From Alphaproteobacteria bacterium (GTDB lineage: Bacteria; Pseudomonadota; Alphaproteobacteria; CALKHQ01), in the NCBI GenBank assembly GCA_965227515.1, contig CBDDFZ010000001.1:1760001-1824000 (forward strand): 64,000 bases of DNA, in the 5' to 3' direction. The translations under genes were made by a program, and so were the position numbers. The first letter of the stretch is position 1. Each line of letters starts with the position of its first letter. Below the pieces are notes generated by a model. The model was not told the origin of the DNA and searched no databases. It saw nothing but the letters and a program-made list of their open reading frames with translations. This document shows positions 10,967 through 21,057 of the stretch, one piece after another.

Positions 10967-11644
10967 ATGAAGCTTTATATGCACCCGGTTTCGATGACCA
11001 GCCGTCCGGTGCGGCTGTTCGCGGCGGAGGCCGGCATTCAGCTGGACGAGGAAGAGGTCGACCTGTTCAGCGGCGCCCACTACGAGGAGCCATACACCTC
11101 GTTCAATCCGAACAACATGGTGCCGGTGCTGGTCGACGGCGACCTGAAGTTGACCGAAAGTTCGGCGATCCTGAAGTACCTGGCCGACAAGGTCGGCTCG
11201 CCGGCCTATCCCAAGGACCTGCAGGCCCGCGCCAAGGTCAACGAGGTGATGGACTGGTTCAACTCGAACTTCTATCGCGAGTTCGCCTATGGCTGCCTGT
11301 ATCCGCAGATGTTCCCGCACCACAAGCGCCAGTCCGACGAGAGCCACGCCAACACCATCGAATGGGGCAAGCAGAACGCCGAGCGCTGGCTGAAGGTGCT
11401 GAACGACCATTGGCTCGGCCCGGACAAGCCCTATCTGTGCGGCGACCAGATCACCATTGCCGACTATTTCGGCGCCGCGCTGATCACCCTGGGCGAGGTG
11501 GCGCGGATGGATTTCGCGGCCTACCCGAACATCCAGCGCTGGCTGGGCAACATGCGCAAGCTCAAGAGCTGGGACGAGGTCAACGCCGCGCTCTATGGGC
11601 TGAAGGAGATGGTGAAGGAACAGCCGTTCGTGACGCCTGCTTGA
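10967..11644 (+). CDS. Glutathione S-transferase
   Basis: NPNNMVPVLVDGDLKLTESSAILKYLA; ITIADY. Confidence 0.92.
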   Translation: MKLYMHPVSMTSRPVRLFAAEAGIQLDEEEVDLFSGAHYEEPYTSFNPNNMVPVLVDGDLKLTESSAILKYLADKVGSPAYPKDLQARAKVNEVMDWFNSNFYREFAYGCLYPQMFPHHKRQSDESHANTIEWGKQNAERWLKVLNDHWLGPDKPYLCGDQITIADYFGAALITLGEVARMDFAAYPNIQRWLGNMRKLKSWDEVNAALYGLKEMVKEQPFVTPA

Positions 11645-11662
11645 TGTTCTTGCACCCAACCA

Positions 11663-11748
11663 CGTCATGCGCGGACTTGATCCGCGCATCCACGTCTTTG
11701 GGCGGTCAATGCAAGTCGTGGATGCCCGCATTAAGTGCGGGCATGACG
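11663..11748. repeat. CGTC-type REP doublet
   Basis: CGTCATGCGCGGACTTGATCCGCGCATCCAC...GTGGATGCCCGCATTAAGTGCGGGCATGACG. Confidence 0.85.
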
Positions 11749-11777
11749 GCTATCTTGTTAGGCAGCCATCCGCCGTC

Positions 11778-12278
11778 TTACGGAATCAGCACCGCGTCGA
11801 TGATGTGGATGGTGCCGTTCGATGCGCCGATGTCGGCGCTGATCACCGTGCCCCGGTCCACCTTCACGGCGGCCCCGGTGCCGTCGATATCGAGCGTGCC
11901 GCCCTCGACCGAGGTCGCTTCGGTGGTCTGACCGGTGAGGGTTCTTGCCGGCAGCGCCTGGGCGACGATGTGGAACTCGACGATCTGGCGCAGCCGGCTC
12001 AGGTTCTGGGGCTCCATGAGCTGGTCCATGGTGCCGGCGGGCAGGCCGTCGAACGCCGCATTGTTGGGCGCGAACACCGTGATCGGGCCAAGCCCCTCCA
12101 GCGTGCCGGTGAGGCCGGCGGCGTCGACCGCGGCCACGAACGTCGCCAATGACGGGTCAGCCCGCGCCGTCTCCATCAGGTCGGGTTGGAACGGGTCGTC
12201 CAGCCCCTCTATGCCCAGATAGCTGCACCCGCTCAACGCGATTGCGGCCGAGATCGTGACGATGGCTTGCCTGATCAT
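11778..12278 (-). CDS. Fasciclin (FAS1) domain lipoprotein
   Basis: Lipobox LSGC; TVFAPNNAAF and NGTIHIIDAVLIP. Confidence 0.9.
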   Translation of the reverse strand: MIRQAIVTISAAIALSGCSYLGIEGLDDPFQPDLMETARADPSLATFVAAVDAAGLTGTLEGLGPITVFAPNNAAFDGLPAGTMDQLMEPQNLSRLRQIVEFHIVAQALPARTLTGQTTEATSVEGGTLDIDGTGAAVKVDRGTVISADIGASNGTIHIIDAVLIP

Positions 12279-12630
12279 GATTCCCCCCATGCCAGCGCTG
12301 TCGAAAAGCACCTGATCGGCACGACAGGGCGCATATCAGTCGCCACACCACGTCAGCCGGCCGAGTCGCATGAAACACTAAACACCATTGCGTCCGAATG
12401 GTGCCGGGAAAGCATGAAATATTGCTCAGACGGCGGCGCAAGGCCGGCAGCGCTGAGCTCAAGACAATGTAGTGACAAGAGGCGCCATGGCGGCCGGAAC
12501 CGGCACATTCGGGGGGCGAAGGTCGTCGGCCCGACGCCGCCATGGCCAGCACAGCGATGACGTTGGGGGCGTCAGCGCATGTGCTGTCAGGTTTGACGCG
12601 CACCCGGCGGGTGGCCGGGTGCGTCGGCGG

Positions 12631-13149
12631 CTACGGCAGGATGACTTGGTCGATGACGTGGATCACGCCATTGGAGGTCTCGATATCGGCCTGCACCACG
12701 GTGGCGGTGTCGATCATCACGCCGTTGGTGGCATCGATGTCGACGGTCGACCCTTCCACAGTCGCGACCGACAGCGCCTGACCGGCGATGTCGCCCGACA
12801 TCACTTCGCCGGGAATGACGTGGTAGGTCAGGATCTGCACCAAACGCGCCTTGTTCTCCGGCAGCAGCAAGCTTTCGACCGTGCCGGCCGGCAGCGCCGC
12901 AAAGGCCTCGTCGGTGGGCGCGAAGACCGTGAACGGCCCAGGCGACTTCAGCGTGTCGACCAGATCGGCGGCCTGTACCGCGGCGACCAGGGTATCGAAT
13001 GACCCCGCCGCGACGGCGGTGTCCACGATGTCCATTGCCGGCGCATCGACGGATGCGTCGACCTCGGCCTCCGCCGTCGTCGTACCGGACGATTGACACG
13101 CGGCAAGAGCCAGAAGGCCGCCGGCAGCAATGATTTGTTTGAAAAACAT
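12631..13149 (-). CDS. Fasciclin (FAS1) domain lipoprotein
   Basis: Lipobox LAAC; [11 protein letters not shown] and [13 protein letters not shown]. Confidence 0.92.
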   Translation of the reverse strand: MFFKQIIAAGGLLALAACQSSGTTTAEAEVDASVDAPAMDIVDTAVAAGSFDTLVAAVQAADLVDTLKSPGPFTVFAPTDEAFAALPAGTVESLLLPENKARLVQILTYHVIPGEVMSGDIAGQALSVATVEGSTVDIDATNGVMIDTATVVQADIETSNGVIHVIDQVILP

Positions 13150-13229
13150 TCCCTTCTCCCTCGTTGATGCCGCGCGCGGATGGCCCGGCAATCACCCATC
13201 TCGCCCGACCGGCGAGTTCACAGGGGTTC

Positions 13230-13255
13230 TACGCAGGGAGCACGCCGGTGGATCA
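13230..13255 (-). promoter_or_regulatory. RpoE (sigmaE/ChrR-type ECF) promoter
   Basis: Minus strand TGATCC-N16-CGTA, about 80 nt upstream of the fasciclin gene. Confidence 0.65.
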
Positions 13256-13308
13256 CCGCTATGGCAATATTCGAACCTGGGAAGGTGGCGACGAGGCGCG
13301 CCTGGCCG

Positions 13309-14061
13309 TCAGCCGGTGTCGCCGCGGGCACGCCGGGTCAGCACGACCATGGCCGCGCGCAACTGGTCGGCATTGGCGACCGGACGGTCGAAGGTGAGGC
13401 GTGAGCGCAGGTCGCCCGCGACCATGTCGAAGCCGTCGGGGTCGCAGCCGATCATCCGCCAGTCGCCGTCGGGGCAGCCGCCCAGCCGGGTGGCCATCAG
13501 CCGCATCTCGCCGGCGTGGTCGGTGTTCATGTGGGCGACGGCGCCGGGCTCGACCTCGGCGATGGCGGCGGCCGCCTCGGCCGGCGACACCAAGTCGGGG
13601 CCGGACACATCGTCGATCGCGCCGAAGTCGGCAACCAGATGCCCGCGCGCGGGGTGCACGCGCCAGAACGCGAAATCGCCGAAGCCGGCATAGCGGGCGG
13701 CGCCGGGATGGCGGGCCAGGAAGCGTGCCCGTCCGGCCGCCGCGGCGTCGTCGCTGACCGCGCGGCCCGTTACCGTCAGCCGCGGGCCGGTCAGCGGGTC
13801 GGCGTAACCGGCGGTGGCGTCGATCATCAGGCTGCAGCGCGGGTCGCTCGCCAGATTGCGGGTGTGGACGGCCAGGTTGGAGATCAGTAGCAGCGGGCAC
13901 CCGTCGGCGAGCGTGGCCACCAGCACCAGCGAGCCGTAAGGCGATCCGTCGCTGTCAAGCGTCGACAGGGTGGCCTGGCGCGCGGTGCGCAGGTGGAAGC
14001 GCGCCTGGGCGCCCGGTTCGCCGCCGCGCTCGCTCATCAGGTCGGGGGCCTGGGGGGACAT
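13309..14061 (-). CDS. HugZ/pyridoxamine 5'-phosphate oxidase-like protein with DUF2470
   Basis: GSPYGSLV, LISNLAVHTRNL, AVAHMNTDH and DPDGFD; start uncertain. Confidence 0.85.
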   Translation of the reverse strand: MSPQAPDLMSERGGEPGAQARFHLRTARQATLSTLDSDGSPYGSLVLVATLADGCPLLLISNLAVHTRNLASDPRCSLMIDATAGYADPLTGPRLTVTGRAVSDDAAAAGRARFLARHPGAARYAGFGDFAFWRVHPARGHLVADFGAIDDVSGPDLVSPAEAAAAIAEVEPGAVAHMNTDHAGEMRLMATRLGGCPDGDWRMIGCDPDGFDMVAGDLRSRLTFDRPVANADQLRAAMVVLTRRARGDTG

Positions 14062-14065
14062 GCGC

Positions 14066-14692
14066 CTATCCCGCCTCCCGGTCCAGCACCTGGGTCATGG
14101 TCTCGACGATGGTGTCGACCGGTGTGTTGCGGCGGAACATGGTGACGTAATTGCCGTCCCGGTCCATCAGGTAGATGAAGCTGGAATGGTCCATCAGATA
14201 GTCGCTCATCGACTCGTCCTCGTACCGGCTGCGGTAGACCTGATATGCCGCCGCCATGTCGGCGATCTGTTGCTCGCTGCCGGTGAGCCCGATCAGGTCC
14301 TCATGGAACAGGCCGACGTAGCTGGCCAGCACCTCCGGCGTGTCGCGCTCCGGGTCGATGGTCACGAACAGCGGCACGATCTCGGCACCGGCATCGCCGA
14401 GCTGGCTATAGGCTGCCATCATGGTGCCGGTCTCCACCGGGCAGACGTCTGGGCAGAAAGTATAACCGAAATAGATCAGCCGGTAGCGCCCGTCGTAGCT
14501 GTGCTCGGTGACCGTGGCGCCGGTATGGTCGACCAGGGTGAACGGCCCGCCGATATCGGCCCCAGCGGTGACGCCCAATGGGTCGGCCACCCCGGTCTGC
14601 CCGGCATAGCGGTCCAGGATCAGCCACATGGCCACCGCCGCGACGACCGCGACGGCAAGTGCCAATGCTGTCATGACCACAGGCTTGTTCAT
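14066..14692 (-). CDS. SCO1/SenC copper chaperone
   Basis: YFGYTFCPDVCP, TIDPERDT and DHSSFIYL. Confidence 0.93.
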   Translation of the reverse strand: MNKPVVMTALALAVAVVAAVAMWLILDRYAGQTGVADPLGVTAGADIGGPFTLVDHTGATVTEHSYDGRYRLIYFGYTFCPDVCPVETGTMMAAYSQLGDAGAEIVPLFVTIDPERDTPEVLASYVGLFHEDLIGLTGSEQQIADMAAAYQVYRSRYEDESMSDYLMDHSSFIYLMDRDGNYVTMFRRNTPVDTIVETMTQVLDREAG

Positions 14693-14788
14693 CGCACGTC
14701 CTTCGGCGGGTGACGGACCGAGCATGCCCGAATTAGCCCTCGCTTAAGCGGGTTGGGGCACATTCGGTCAATGCGCAACTTGGTGAAT

Positions 14789-16087
14789 ATGGCCGCCACG
14801 GGCAATGCGACCAATGCGGCGGCGGCATCCGGCGCTGCGTCGGCCGGCATGGCGCAGCGCGCGGCGATCGTCTGCCTGGCGATCTCGGTCGTCTACTGTG
14901 TCGCCTACTATGGCTACTATTTCCTGGTCAGCGTCGGCTACCAGCTCGACAGCCAGCCGCGTGTCGGCGGCGACTTCTTCGTGTTCTATGCCGCGGCATT
15001 GCTGGTCGGCGACGGCGGCCTGGCCAGCCTCTACGACATGCTGGCGTTCAGCGCGTTTCAGGACACCCTGCGCGGCGGCTCCGGCGTGGTCCATCCGTTT
15101 CCCTATCCGCCGCACTTCCTGGCCGCGGTCGAGTGGCTGCGGTTCCTGCCGTTCCTGGCCGCCTATGCGGTGTGGGAGGGGCTGGGTCTCGCGCTCTATC
15201 TGATCGCGCTGCGCCAGCTCCGGGTGACCGGCCTGATGCTGGCGGCAGCCCTGGTGGCGCCGGCGGTGCTGACCAACCTGCTGGCCGGACAACTCGGTTT
15301 CGTTTCCGCCGGCCTGCTGCTCGCTGGGTTCGCGCTGCTCGACCGGCGGCCCGTTCTGGCCGGCATCGTGTTCGGGCTACTGACCGTGAAACCGCATCTG
15401 GGTGTGCTGGTGCCATTGGTACTGCTGGTCCAGGGGCGCTGGCCGACCGTCGCCGCCGCGGTGGCGACGACAGTGGCCCTGGCGGGCGCCAGCATGGCGT
15501 TCTACGGCGTCGACCTGTGGGCCGACTACATCGGTTTCCTGGGCGCCTATCCGCAGGTGTCGGAGATCAACTGGGACAGCCCGTTCGGCTCCGTCGTCGC
15601 CTCGCCCTTCCTGTCGGCGATGCGGGGCGGGGCGGGCCTGACCGGCGCCTATGCGGCCCAGGCCGTGGCGGCGTGCGGTGCCATTGCCGCCGTGGTCTGG
15701 ATCGCGCGGCGCCGTCCGCCCGTCGACCTGCTTGCGGCGGGGGTGGCGGCGGCCACGCTGCTGGTCAGCCCTGTGGGCTATCTCTACGACTTCACGCTGT
15801 TGACCGGTGCTGTGCTGGTGGTGCTGCGCTGCCACCTGTTCGACGGCCCCCGTCCGATGGAAGTGGCGATCCTGCTGGCCGGCTGGTGGTGGCCCGTGGT
15901 TGCGCGCTTTCTCAACGAGGGCGGCCTGCCGCTGGCCTGGCTGGGGCCTGTGCTCGTACTGGCCGCCGTGATGGCACGGGTTGCCGCCGCAGAGAGCGTC
16001 GTTCGCAGCGCCCACGGCAACTCCCACGGCAACGCCCATCGCAACTCCCACGGCAACTCATTGAATCGAGAACAAAAACTCGCATAA
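14789..16087 (+). CDS. GT87/DUF2029 multi-TM glycosyltransferase
   Basis: GGDFFVFY, FPYPP, GQ, KPHLG and YD motifs; start uncertain. Confidence 0.8.
   Translation: MAATGNATNAAAASGAASAGMAQRAAIVCLAISVVYCVAYYGYYFLVSVGYQLDSQPRVGGDFFVFYAAALLVGDGGLASLYDMLAFSAFQDTLRGGSGVVHPFPYPPHFLAAVEWLRFLPFLAAYAVWEGLGLALYLIALRQLRVTGLMLAAALVAPAVLTNLLAGQLGFVSAGLLLAGFALLDRRPVLAGIVFGLLTVKPHLGVLVPLVLLVQGRWPTVAAAVATTVALAGASMAFYGVDLWADYIGFLGAYPQVSEINWDSPFGSVVASPFLSAMRGGAGLTGAYAAQAVAACGAIAAVVWIARRRPPVDLLAAGVAAATLLVSPVGYLYDFTLLTGAVLVVLRCHLFDGPRPMEVAILLAGWWWPVVARFLNEGGLPLAWLGPVLVLAAVMARVAAAESVVRSAHGNSHGNAHRNSHGNSLNREQKLA
16011..16058 (+). repeat. 12-bp tandem repeat x4 encoding HGNS/HGNA/HRNS
   Basis: CCCACGGCAACT units at the 3' end of the GT87 gene. 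Confidence 0.85.
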
Positions 16088-16123
16088 TCCAGGCCACCGA
16101 GTCGACTATGGCGAGGATCGCCC

Positions 16124-17842
16124 GTGCGCACTTCATGGCCACTGTTGTTTGCCGCCGCCGGCATGCTGGCGGCCACGAGCGCCATTGCGGAGGATCCGCC
16201 GGCAGCCTTTCTGGAGCCGTTCCCCGATGTCGTCTCTGCCGCCGAAGGCGTGGAGGCAGAACCCGATCGGCCGGCCGACCAGCCCGTCGAGGAGGCGTCT
16301 GACCGGGACGAACCGGAGGTGGCCGCGGCCACGGTCGCCCTTCCGGCCATGGCGCCGGACCGAACTATCGACATGCATGTCGACACCGCCGCGGTGGAAC
16401 AGGGCTCTACCGACGCCCCCTTGCCCGACGCTGACACCGATACGGTTGCTGTCGCCGCCAATGACGAGGCAGCAGAGGACGCAGAGGATGACGTCCAATT
16501 TGCCGAGGCCGTTGCGACGCCCATGTTGGCGCCGGAGCGCGCGCCGCCGCCGCAGGTCGAGATTCCGGGCTTCGGCGACGCGTTCGGCGGTGCGGTCATG
16601 GACGGTTATGACGGACCCGGCGCAGGCGCCATCATGGCCGAGGCGTTCGGCCCCGCCGTCGCACGCCACATCGCGTTCGGCGCCGACCCGGCTGCCGCGC
16701 TGGCGCCGGTCAGCGCCAGCCTGACGGTGGAATCGGGCGACACGCTGACAGGGCTCTTCACCGAGATCGGCGTCGGCTATTCGGAAGCCTATGCCGCCAT
16801 CGCCGCGCTGGAGACGGTGTGGGACCCGCGCAATCTGCGCGCGGGCCAGGAAATCGCGGTTGCCTATATGCCGGCGCCCGATCCCGAGGGGCTTGCCACA
16901 CTGATCCGCTTCGGCCTGCAGCTCGCCTATGACCGTTCTGTCGTGGTCGGCCGCACCAGCGAGGGCACCTACCGCGCCGAGGTGGCCATCGAGCGCTTCA
17001 CCACGGTGCAGCGGCGCAGCGCCGGCACCATCTCCATCAGCCTGTTCGCCGACGGCAACGCGGCCGGCATTCCCATCGGCGTGCTGGCGCAGATGACCCG
17101 CGCGTTCAGTTATGACGTCGATTTCCAGCGCAGCGTGCAGCCCGACGATGGCTTCGAGGCGATGTTCACCGAGGATCTGGACGACGACGGCAACGTGGTC
17201 GCCACCGGGCAGTTGATCTATGCCTCGATGACCCTGAGCGGGGACCTTATTGAGGTCTTCCGCTTCGTGCGCGACGACGGCGAGGCGGACTATTTCGCGC
17301 GCGATGGCGCCAGCGTGCGCAAGGCGATCATGCGCACACCCATCGACGCGGCCCGCATCTCGTCGGGCTTCGGCATGCGCAACCACCCGATCCTGGGCTA
17401 CTCGCGCATGCACGCCGGGGTGGACTTCGCAGCACCGACCGGCACGCCCATATACGCGGCCGGCAACGGCACCGTCGCGTCGGCCGGCTGGCACCGCGGC
17501 TATGGCAACTACATCCGCATCCGCCACAACGGCACCCTACAGACCGCCTATGGCCACCTCAGCCGCTTCGCCAGCGGCATCTCGACTGGCACGAGGGTCA
17601 GCCAGGGCCAGGTGATCGGCTATGTCGGGTCGACCGGGCTCTCGACCGGCCCCCACCTCCACTACGAGGTGATCGAGAACGGCGTGAAGGTGAACCCGAT
17701 GCAGGTCCACATCCCGCCGGGCGAGCCGCTGACCGGGGCCGACCTCGAACGCTTCCGAGACTATGTCGCCTACCTGGACAGCGTGCGCGCGTCGATGCCG
17801 GTGGCGGGCGATGCCGAAATCACCACCGTCAGCACGGATTGA
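16124..17842 (+). CDS. M23 family peptidoglycan DD-endopeptidase (MepM-like)
   Basis: Signal peptide, acidic linker, HAGVDFAA and STGPHLHYE. Confidence 0.92.
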   Translation: MRTSWPLLFAAAGMLAATSAIAEDPPAAFLEPFPDVVSAAEGVEAEPDRPADQPVEEASDRDEPEVAAATVALPAMAPDRTIDMHVDTAAVEQGSTDAPLPDADTDTVAVAANDEAAEDAEDDVQFAEAVATPMLAPERAPPPQVEIPGFGDAFGGAVMDGYDGPGAGAIMAEAFGPAVARHIAFGADPAAALAPVSASLTVESGDTLTGLFTEIGVGYSEAYAAIAALETVWDPRNLRAGQEIAVAYMPAPDPEGLATLIRFGLQLAYDRSVVVGRTSEGTYRAEVAIERFTTVQRRSAGTISISLFADGNAAGIPIGVLAQMTRAFSYDVDFQRSVQPDDGFEAMFTEDLDDDGNVVATGQLIYASMTLSGDLIEVFRFVRDDGEADYFARDGASVRKAIMRTPIDAARISSGFGMRNHPILGYSRMHAGVDFAAPTGTPIYAAGNGTVASAGWHRGYGNYIRIRHNGTLQTAYGHLSRFASGISTGTRVSQGQVIGYVGSTGLSTGPHLHYEVIENGVKVNPMQVHIPPGEPLTGADLERFRDYVAYLDSVRASMPVAGDAEITTVSTD

Positions 17843-17875
17843 GCGGCGGCCAATTCCAAATCGACCGGCCTGCTG

Positions 17876-19807
17876 TCACGTCATTGAAATTAGATCGGCC
17901 ATGGCGATCACGGCTGCCGCGGCCCAGGCCTGCGGTGCGCAACTGACCGGGTGCGGGATCGGCGGGGCGCCATCATGGCGGGCGTGGCCGGCAAACAGCT
18001 CCGGCATGCGTAGGTCGGGCATGGCAGCGGCCGCGTCGAGCAGTGCCATGGCGAGCTGACGCGCCGCATCCGCATGGCCGGCGCCCAGCATGCCACGCGC
18101 GATCAGCGCGGTGTCGTGCGGCCACACCGAACCGGTGTGATAGCCCTGCGGATTGAAGCCGCGCGTGCCTTCGGCCAGCGTGCGCACGCCCCAGCCGGAA
18201 AACGCTGACGGCGCACTCAATGTGGCGACCAGGGCGCGCGCCTGTGCCGGATCGACGGCGCCGCTGAACAGCAGGTGCCCGGGGTTGGACGACACCACGC
18301 GGCATAGCGCGCCATCGCCGTCCAGAGCGATGCCATGACACCCGGCGGCGCCAAGCTCGCCATCCCAGAAATGGGCCGCGATGGCATCTTGCACGCCGTC
18401 GGCGCGGTCGCGTTCGGTGGCGGCGTTGATGTCGGGGAGTGCCAAGGCTTGCGCCAATTCGGCCATGGTGCGGCGGGCGGCGACCGCATAGCCCTGCACC
18501 TCGACCAGCGCGATGTCGCCATCCGCCGGCGTGCCGTCGGCATGGATCACGGAGCCGGGCGAATCCTTCCAGCCCTGGTTGACGAGCCCGCCCTCTTGGC
18601 CACGGCGATAGGTCAGGAAACCGAGCGCGTCGCAGGCGCCGTCCATCCAGGCGAGGGCGCGTACCAGGTTGGGCCAGATGTCGGAGATCGCCCCGCCGTC
18701 CCGCGTGACGCGCCAATACATGCCGGCCAGCACGATGAACAGCGGCGTGGTGTCGACCCCGCCGTAGTAGGCGCCGTACGGCACCTCACGGAGCGCGGAC
18801 ATCTCGCCATGGCGCATCTCGTGCAGGATCTTGCCGGGGGCGCTTTCGCGTTCGGCGGAGGTGTCGTCCGCCTGGGTCTCGGCCAGGAACCGTAACACGC
18901 CGGCGGCGAGGTCCGGCACGCGGGGCAACAGCAACATGGCCGTGATGACGGCGTCGCGCCCGAATGGCGTCGAGAACCGGGGCAGCCCGGCATAGGGGTA
19001 TGGCCCGGTCGGCAGTGCGGTGGTCAGCAGCGCGACATCGGCGGCGGCCTGCCGGATCGCCGCGGCATGGCGACCCTCCAGTTCCAGCCCGTCCAGCAGG
19101 GCGTTCATGGTTGCCTGGCGCTCGTCGCAAAGCGCGCCGGGGGAGGCCGAGGGCGCAATCCGGTGCCGCGCCGTCGACCCGGTGGTAACAGTCGCGCGCA
19201 TCTGCCATCGGCCGCCGGGCGGCAGGTCGACGCGAAAGGCTGCGGCATCGCCAGACAGCGACGCCGGCATCGGCTCGAAGGCAATGCGCGTGCGGCGTGT
19301 CTCGGCATCCAGGCCGCGATAGCGCAACGTCACCCGGTCGCGCTCGACGTCGGCCGGCTGGTGCACGCCATGGCGCTGGCGGGCGATGCCGCGCACTTCG
19401 AACTCGTCCTTGAAGTCGGCGTCGAACCCGACCGTCGCCGCCAGCGCCAGCGGCGCCGGGCCGTAGTTCTCCAGCGTCACCGTGCCGACCAGCGTGTCGG
19501 CCAAGGTCCAAGTGCGCGACAGCCGCACGGCGCCGGGCTGCAGCACCGTATCGCCGATGCGGGTACGCGCCGACGCCTCCTCGAAGCTGAGGACAGCGTG
19601 CAGCGGATCGGCCCATGCGGCCAGCGCCATCATCGGCATCGGGCCGCACGTCAGTCGCCAGTCGGAGAGATGCCGGGTGCCATGGTCGAACAACCCGGCG
19701 AAGGCGACCTGGGTGGCACCGGTCTCGCCGGCCGGGTCGATGTTGCCGCGCCCGTCGAAGACGACGAAGCTGTTCCCGCACTTCAGGCTTCGCGCGCCTT
19801 CGGTCAA
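17876..19807 (-). CDS. Amylo-alpha-1,6-glucosidase / glycogen debranching-like hydrolase
   Basis: PYAGLPRFSTPFGRD, PGKILHEMR, NQGWKDS, YHTGSVWPHD and PQAWAA; start codon uncertain. Confidence 0.85.
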   Translation of the reverse strand: MTEGARSLKCGNSFVVFDGRGNIDPAGETGATQVAFAGLFDHGTRHLSDWRLTCGPMPMMALAAWADPLHAVLSFEEASARTRIGDTVLQPGAVRLSRTWTLADTLVGTVTLENYGPAPLALAATVGFDADFKDEFEVRGIARQRHGVHQPADVERDRVTLRYRGLDAETRRTRIAFEPMPASLSGDAAAFRVDLPPGGRWQMRATVTTGSTARHRIAPSASPGALCDERQATMNALLDGLELEGRHAAAIRQAAADVALLTTALPTGPYPYAGLPRFSTPFGRDAVITAMLLLPRVPDLAAGVLRFLAETQADDTSAERESAPGKILHEMRHGEMSALREVPYGAYYGGVDTTPLFIVLAGMYWRVTRDGGAISDIWPNLVRALAWMDGACDALGFLTYRRGQEGGLVNQGWKDSPGSVIHADGTPADGDIALVEVQGYAVAARRTMAELAQALALPDINAATERDRADGVQDAIAAHFWDGELGAAGCHGIALDGDGALCRVVSSNPGHLLFSGAVDPAQARALVATLSAPSAFSGWGVRTLAEGTRGFNPQGYHTGSVWPHDTALIARGMLGAGHADAARQLAMALLDAAAAMPDLRMPELFAGHARHDGAPPIPHPVSCAPQAWAAAAVIAMADLISMT

Positions 19808-20017
19808 TTGCAGCCTTGTGGGTTGGGTGAGCCGATGGCCGCACCGTACCCGCACACGGTGCACGCGAACAGCCCATATCGCAGGCCGCCCGACGAGGGC
19901 ATGCGGGGCGCGATTTCGCCCGGCTCGGCCAAACCCCATTTCGCGCCGGGTCGGCATATGCTTAAGTGGTGGAATCCAATCAACGCTATCCAATCAAAAA
20001 GCACAGGGGGTGCATCG

Positions 20018-21019
20018 ATGCGAAACATGCTGATGGCAGCGGTCGCGATGACCGGCCTGACGTTCTCGGGCGCGATGGCGCAGGACGAGGACTTCTCGGC
20101 GGCCGTGGTCTTCGACATGGGCGGCAAGTTCGACCGCTCGTTCAACGAAGGCATCTACAACGGGCTGGAGGTGTTCAGCGAAGAGACCGGCATCGAATAC
20201 AACGAGTTCGAGGTCACCAACGAATCCCAGCGTGAGCAGGCGCTGCGCCGCATGGCGCGTGATGGGGCCGAGATCGTGATCGCGGTCGGCTTCGCCCAGG
20301 CCCCGGCACTGGAAGTGGTGGCGCAGGAGTTCCCCGACACCAAGTTCACCATCATCGACATGGTGGTCGACCTGCCGAACGTGCAGTCGGTGGTGTTCAA
20401 GGAGCAGGAAGGTTCGTTCCTGGTCGGCATGATCGCGGCCATGGCCAGCGAGACCGGCACGGTCGGCTTCGTCGGTGGCATGGATATCGCGCTGATCCGC
20501 AAGTTCGCCTGCGGCTATGAGCAGGGCGCGAAGTACGTGAACCCGGACATCGAAGTGTTGCAGAACATGACCGGCACCACACCGGCGGCGTGGAACGATC
20601 CGGGCCGTGGCGGCGAGCTGGCGCGCGGCCAGTTCGACCGTGGCGCCGACGTGGTCTATGCGGCGGCTGGCGGCACCGGGCTCGGCGTCTATCAGGCGGC
20701 CGAGGAAGCCGGCCAGATGGCCATCGGCGTCGACTCGAACCAGAACTACCTGCATCCGGGCACCATGCTGACCTCGATGCTGAAGCGCGTCGACGTTGCC
20801 GCGTACAACGCCTTCAACGGTGCCTACACCGACACGTGGGAGCCGGGCATCCAGGTGCTGGGCTTGGCCGAGGAAGGTGTCGGCTGGGCGCTGGACGAGC
20901 ACAACGAGGCCATGATCACCGACGAGATGATGGCCGCCGTCGAAGAGGCCAAGGCCGCGATCATCGCCGGCGACCTCGTGGTGCATGACTATACGTCCGA
21001 CGAGAGCTGCACCTACTGA
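20018..21019 (+). CDS. BMP family nucleoside ABC transporter substrate-binding protein
   Basis: GGKFDRSFNE and IGVDSNQ motifs; signal peptide. Confidence 0.92.
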   Translation: MRNMLMAAVAMTGLTFSGAMAQDEDFSAAVVFDMGGKFDRSFNEGIYNGLEVFSEETGIEYNEFEVTNESQREQALRRMARDGAEIVIAVGFAQAPALEVVAQEFPDTKFTIIDMVVDLPNVQSVVFKEQEGSFLVGMIAAMASETGTVGFVGGMDIALIRKFACGYEQGAKYVNPDIEVLQNMTGTTPAAWNDPGRGGELARGQFDRGADVVYAAAGGTGLGVYQAAEEAGQMAIGVDSNQNYLHPGTMLTSMLKRVDVAAYNAFNGAYTDTWEPGIQVLGLAEEGVGWALDEHNEAMITDEMMAAVEEAKAAIIAGDLVVHDYTSDESCTY

Positions 21020-21057
21020 GGCTTAGAACGGCCATGACCTGACGGGCGGTTGCCCGT

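Noticed and set aside
19808-20017. Purine or other riboswitch upstream of the nucleoside ABC operon
   Set aside because: No conserved aptamer motifs could be recognised.
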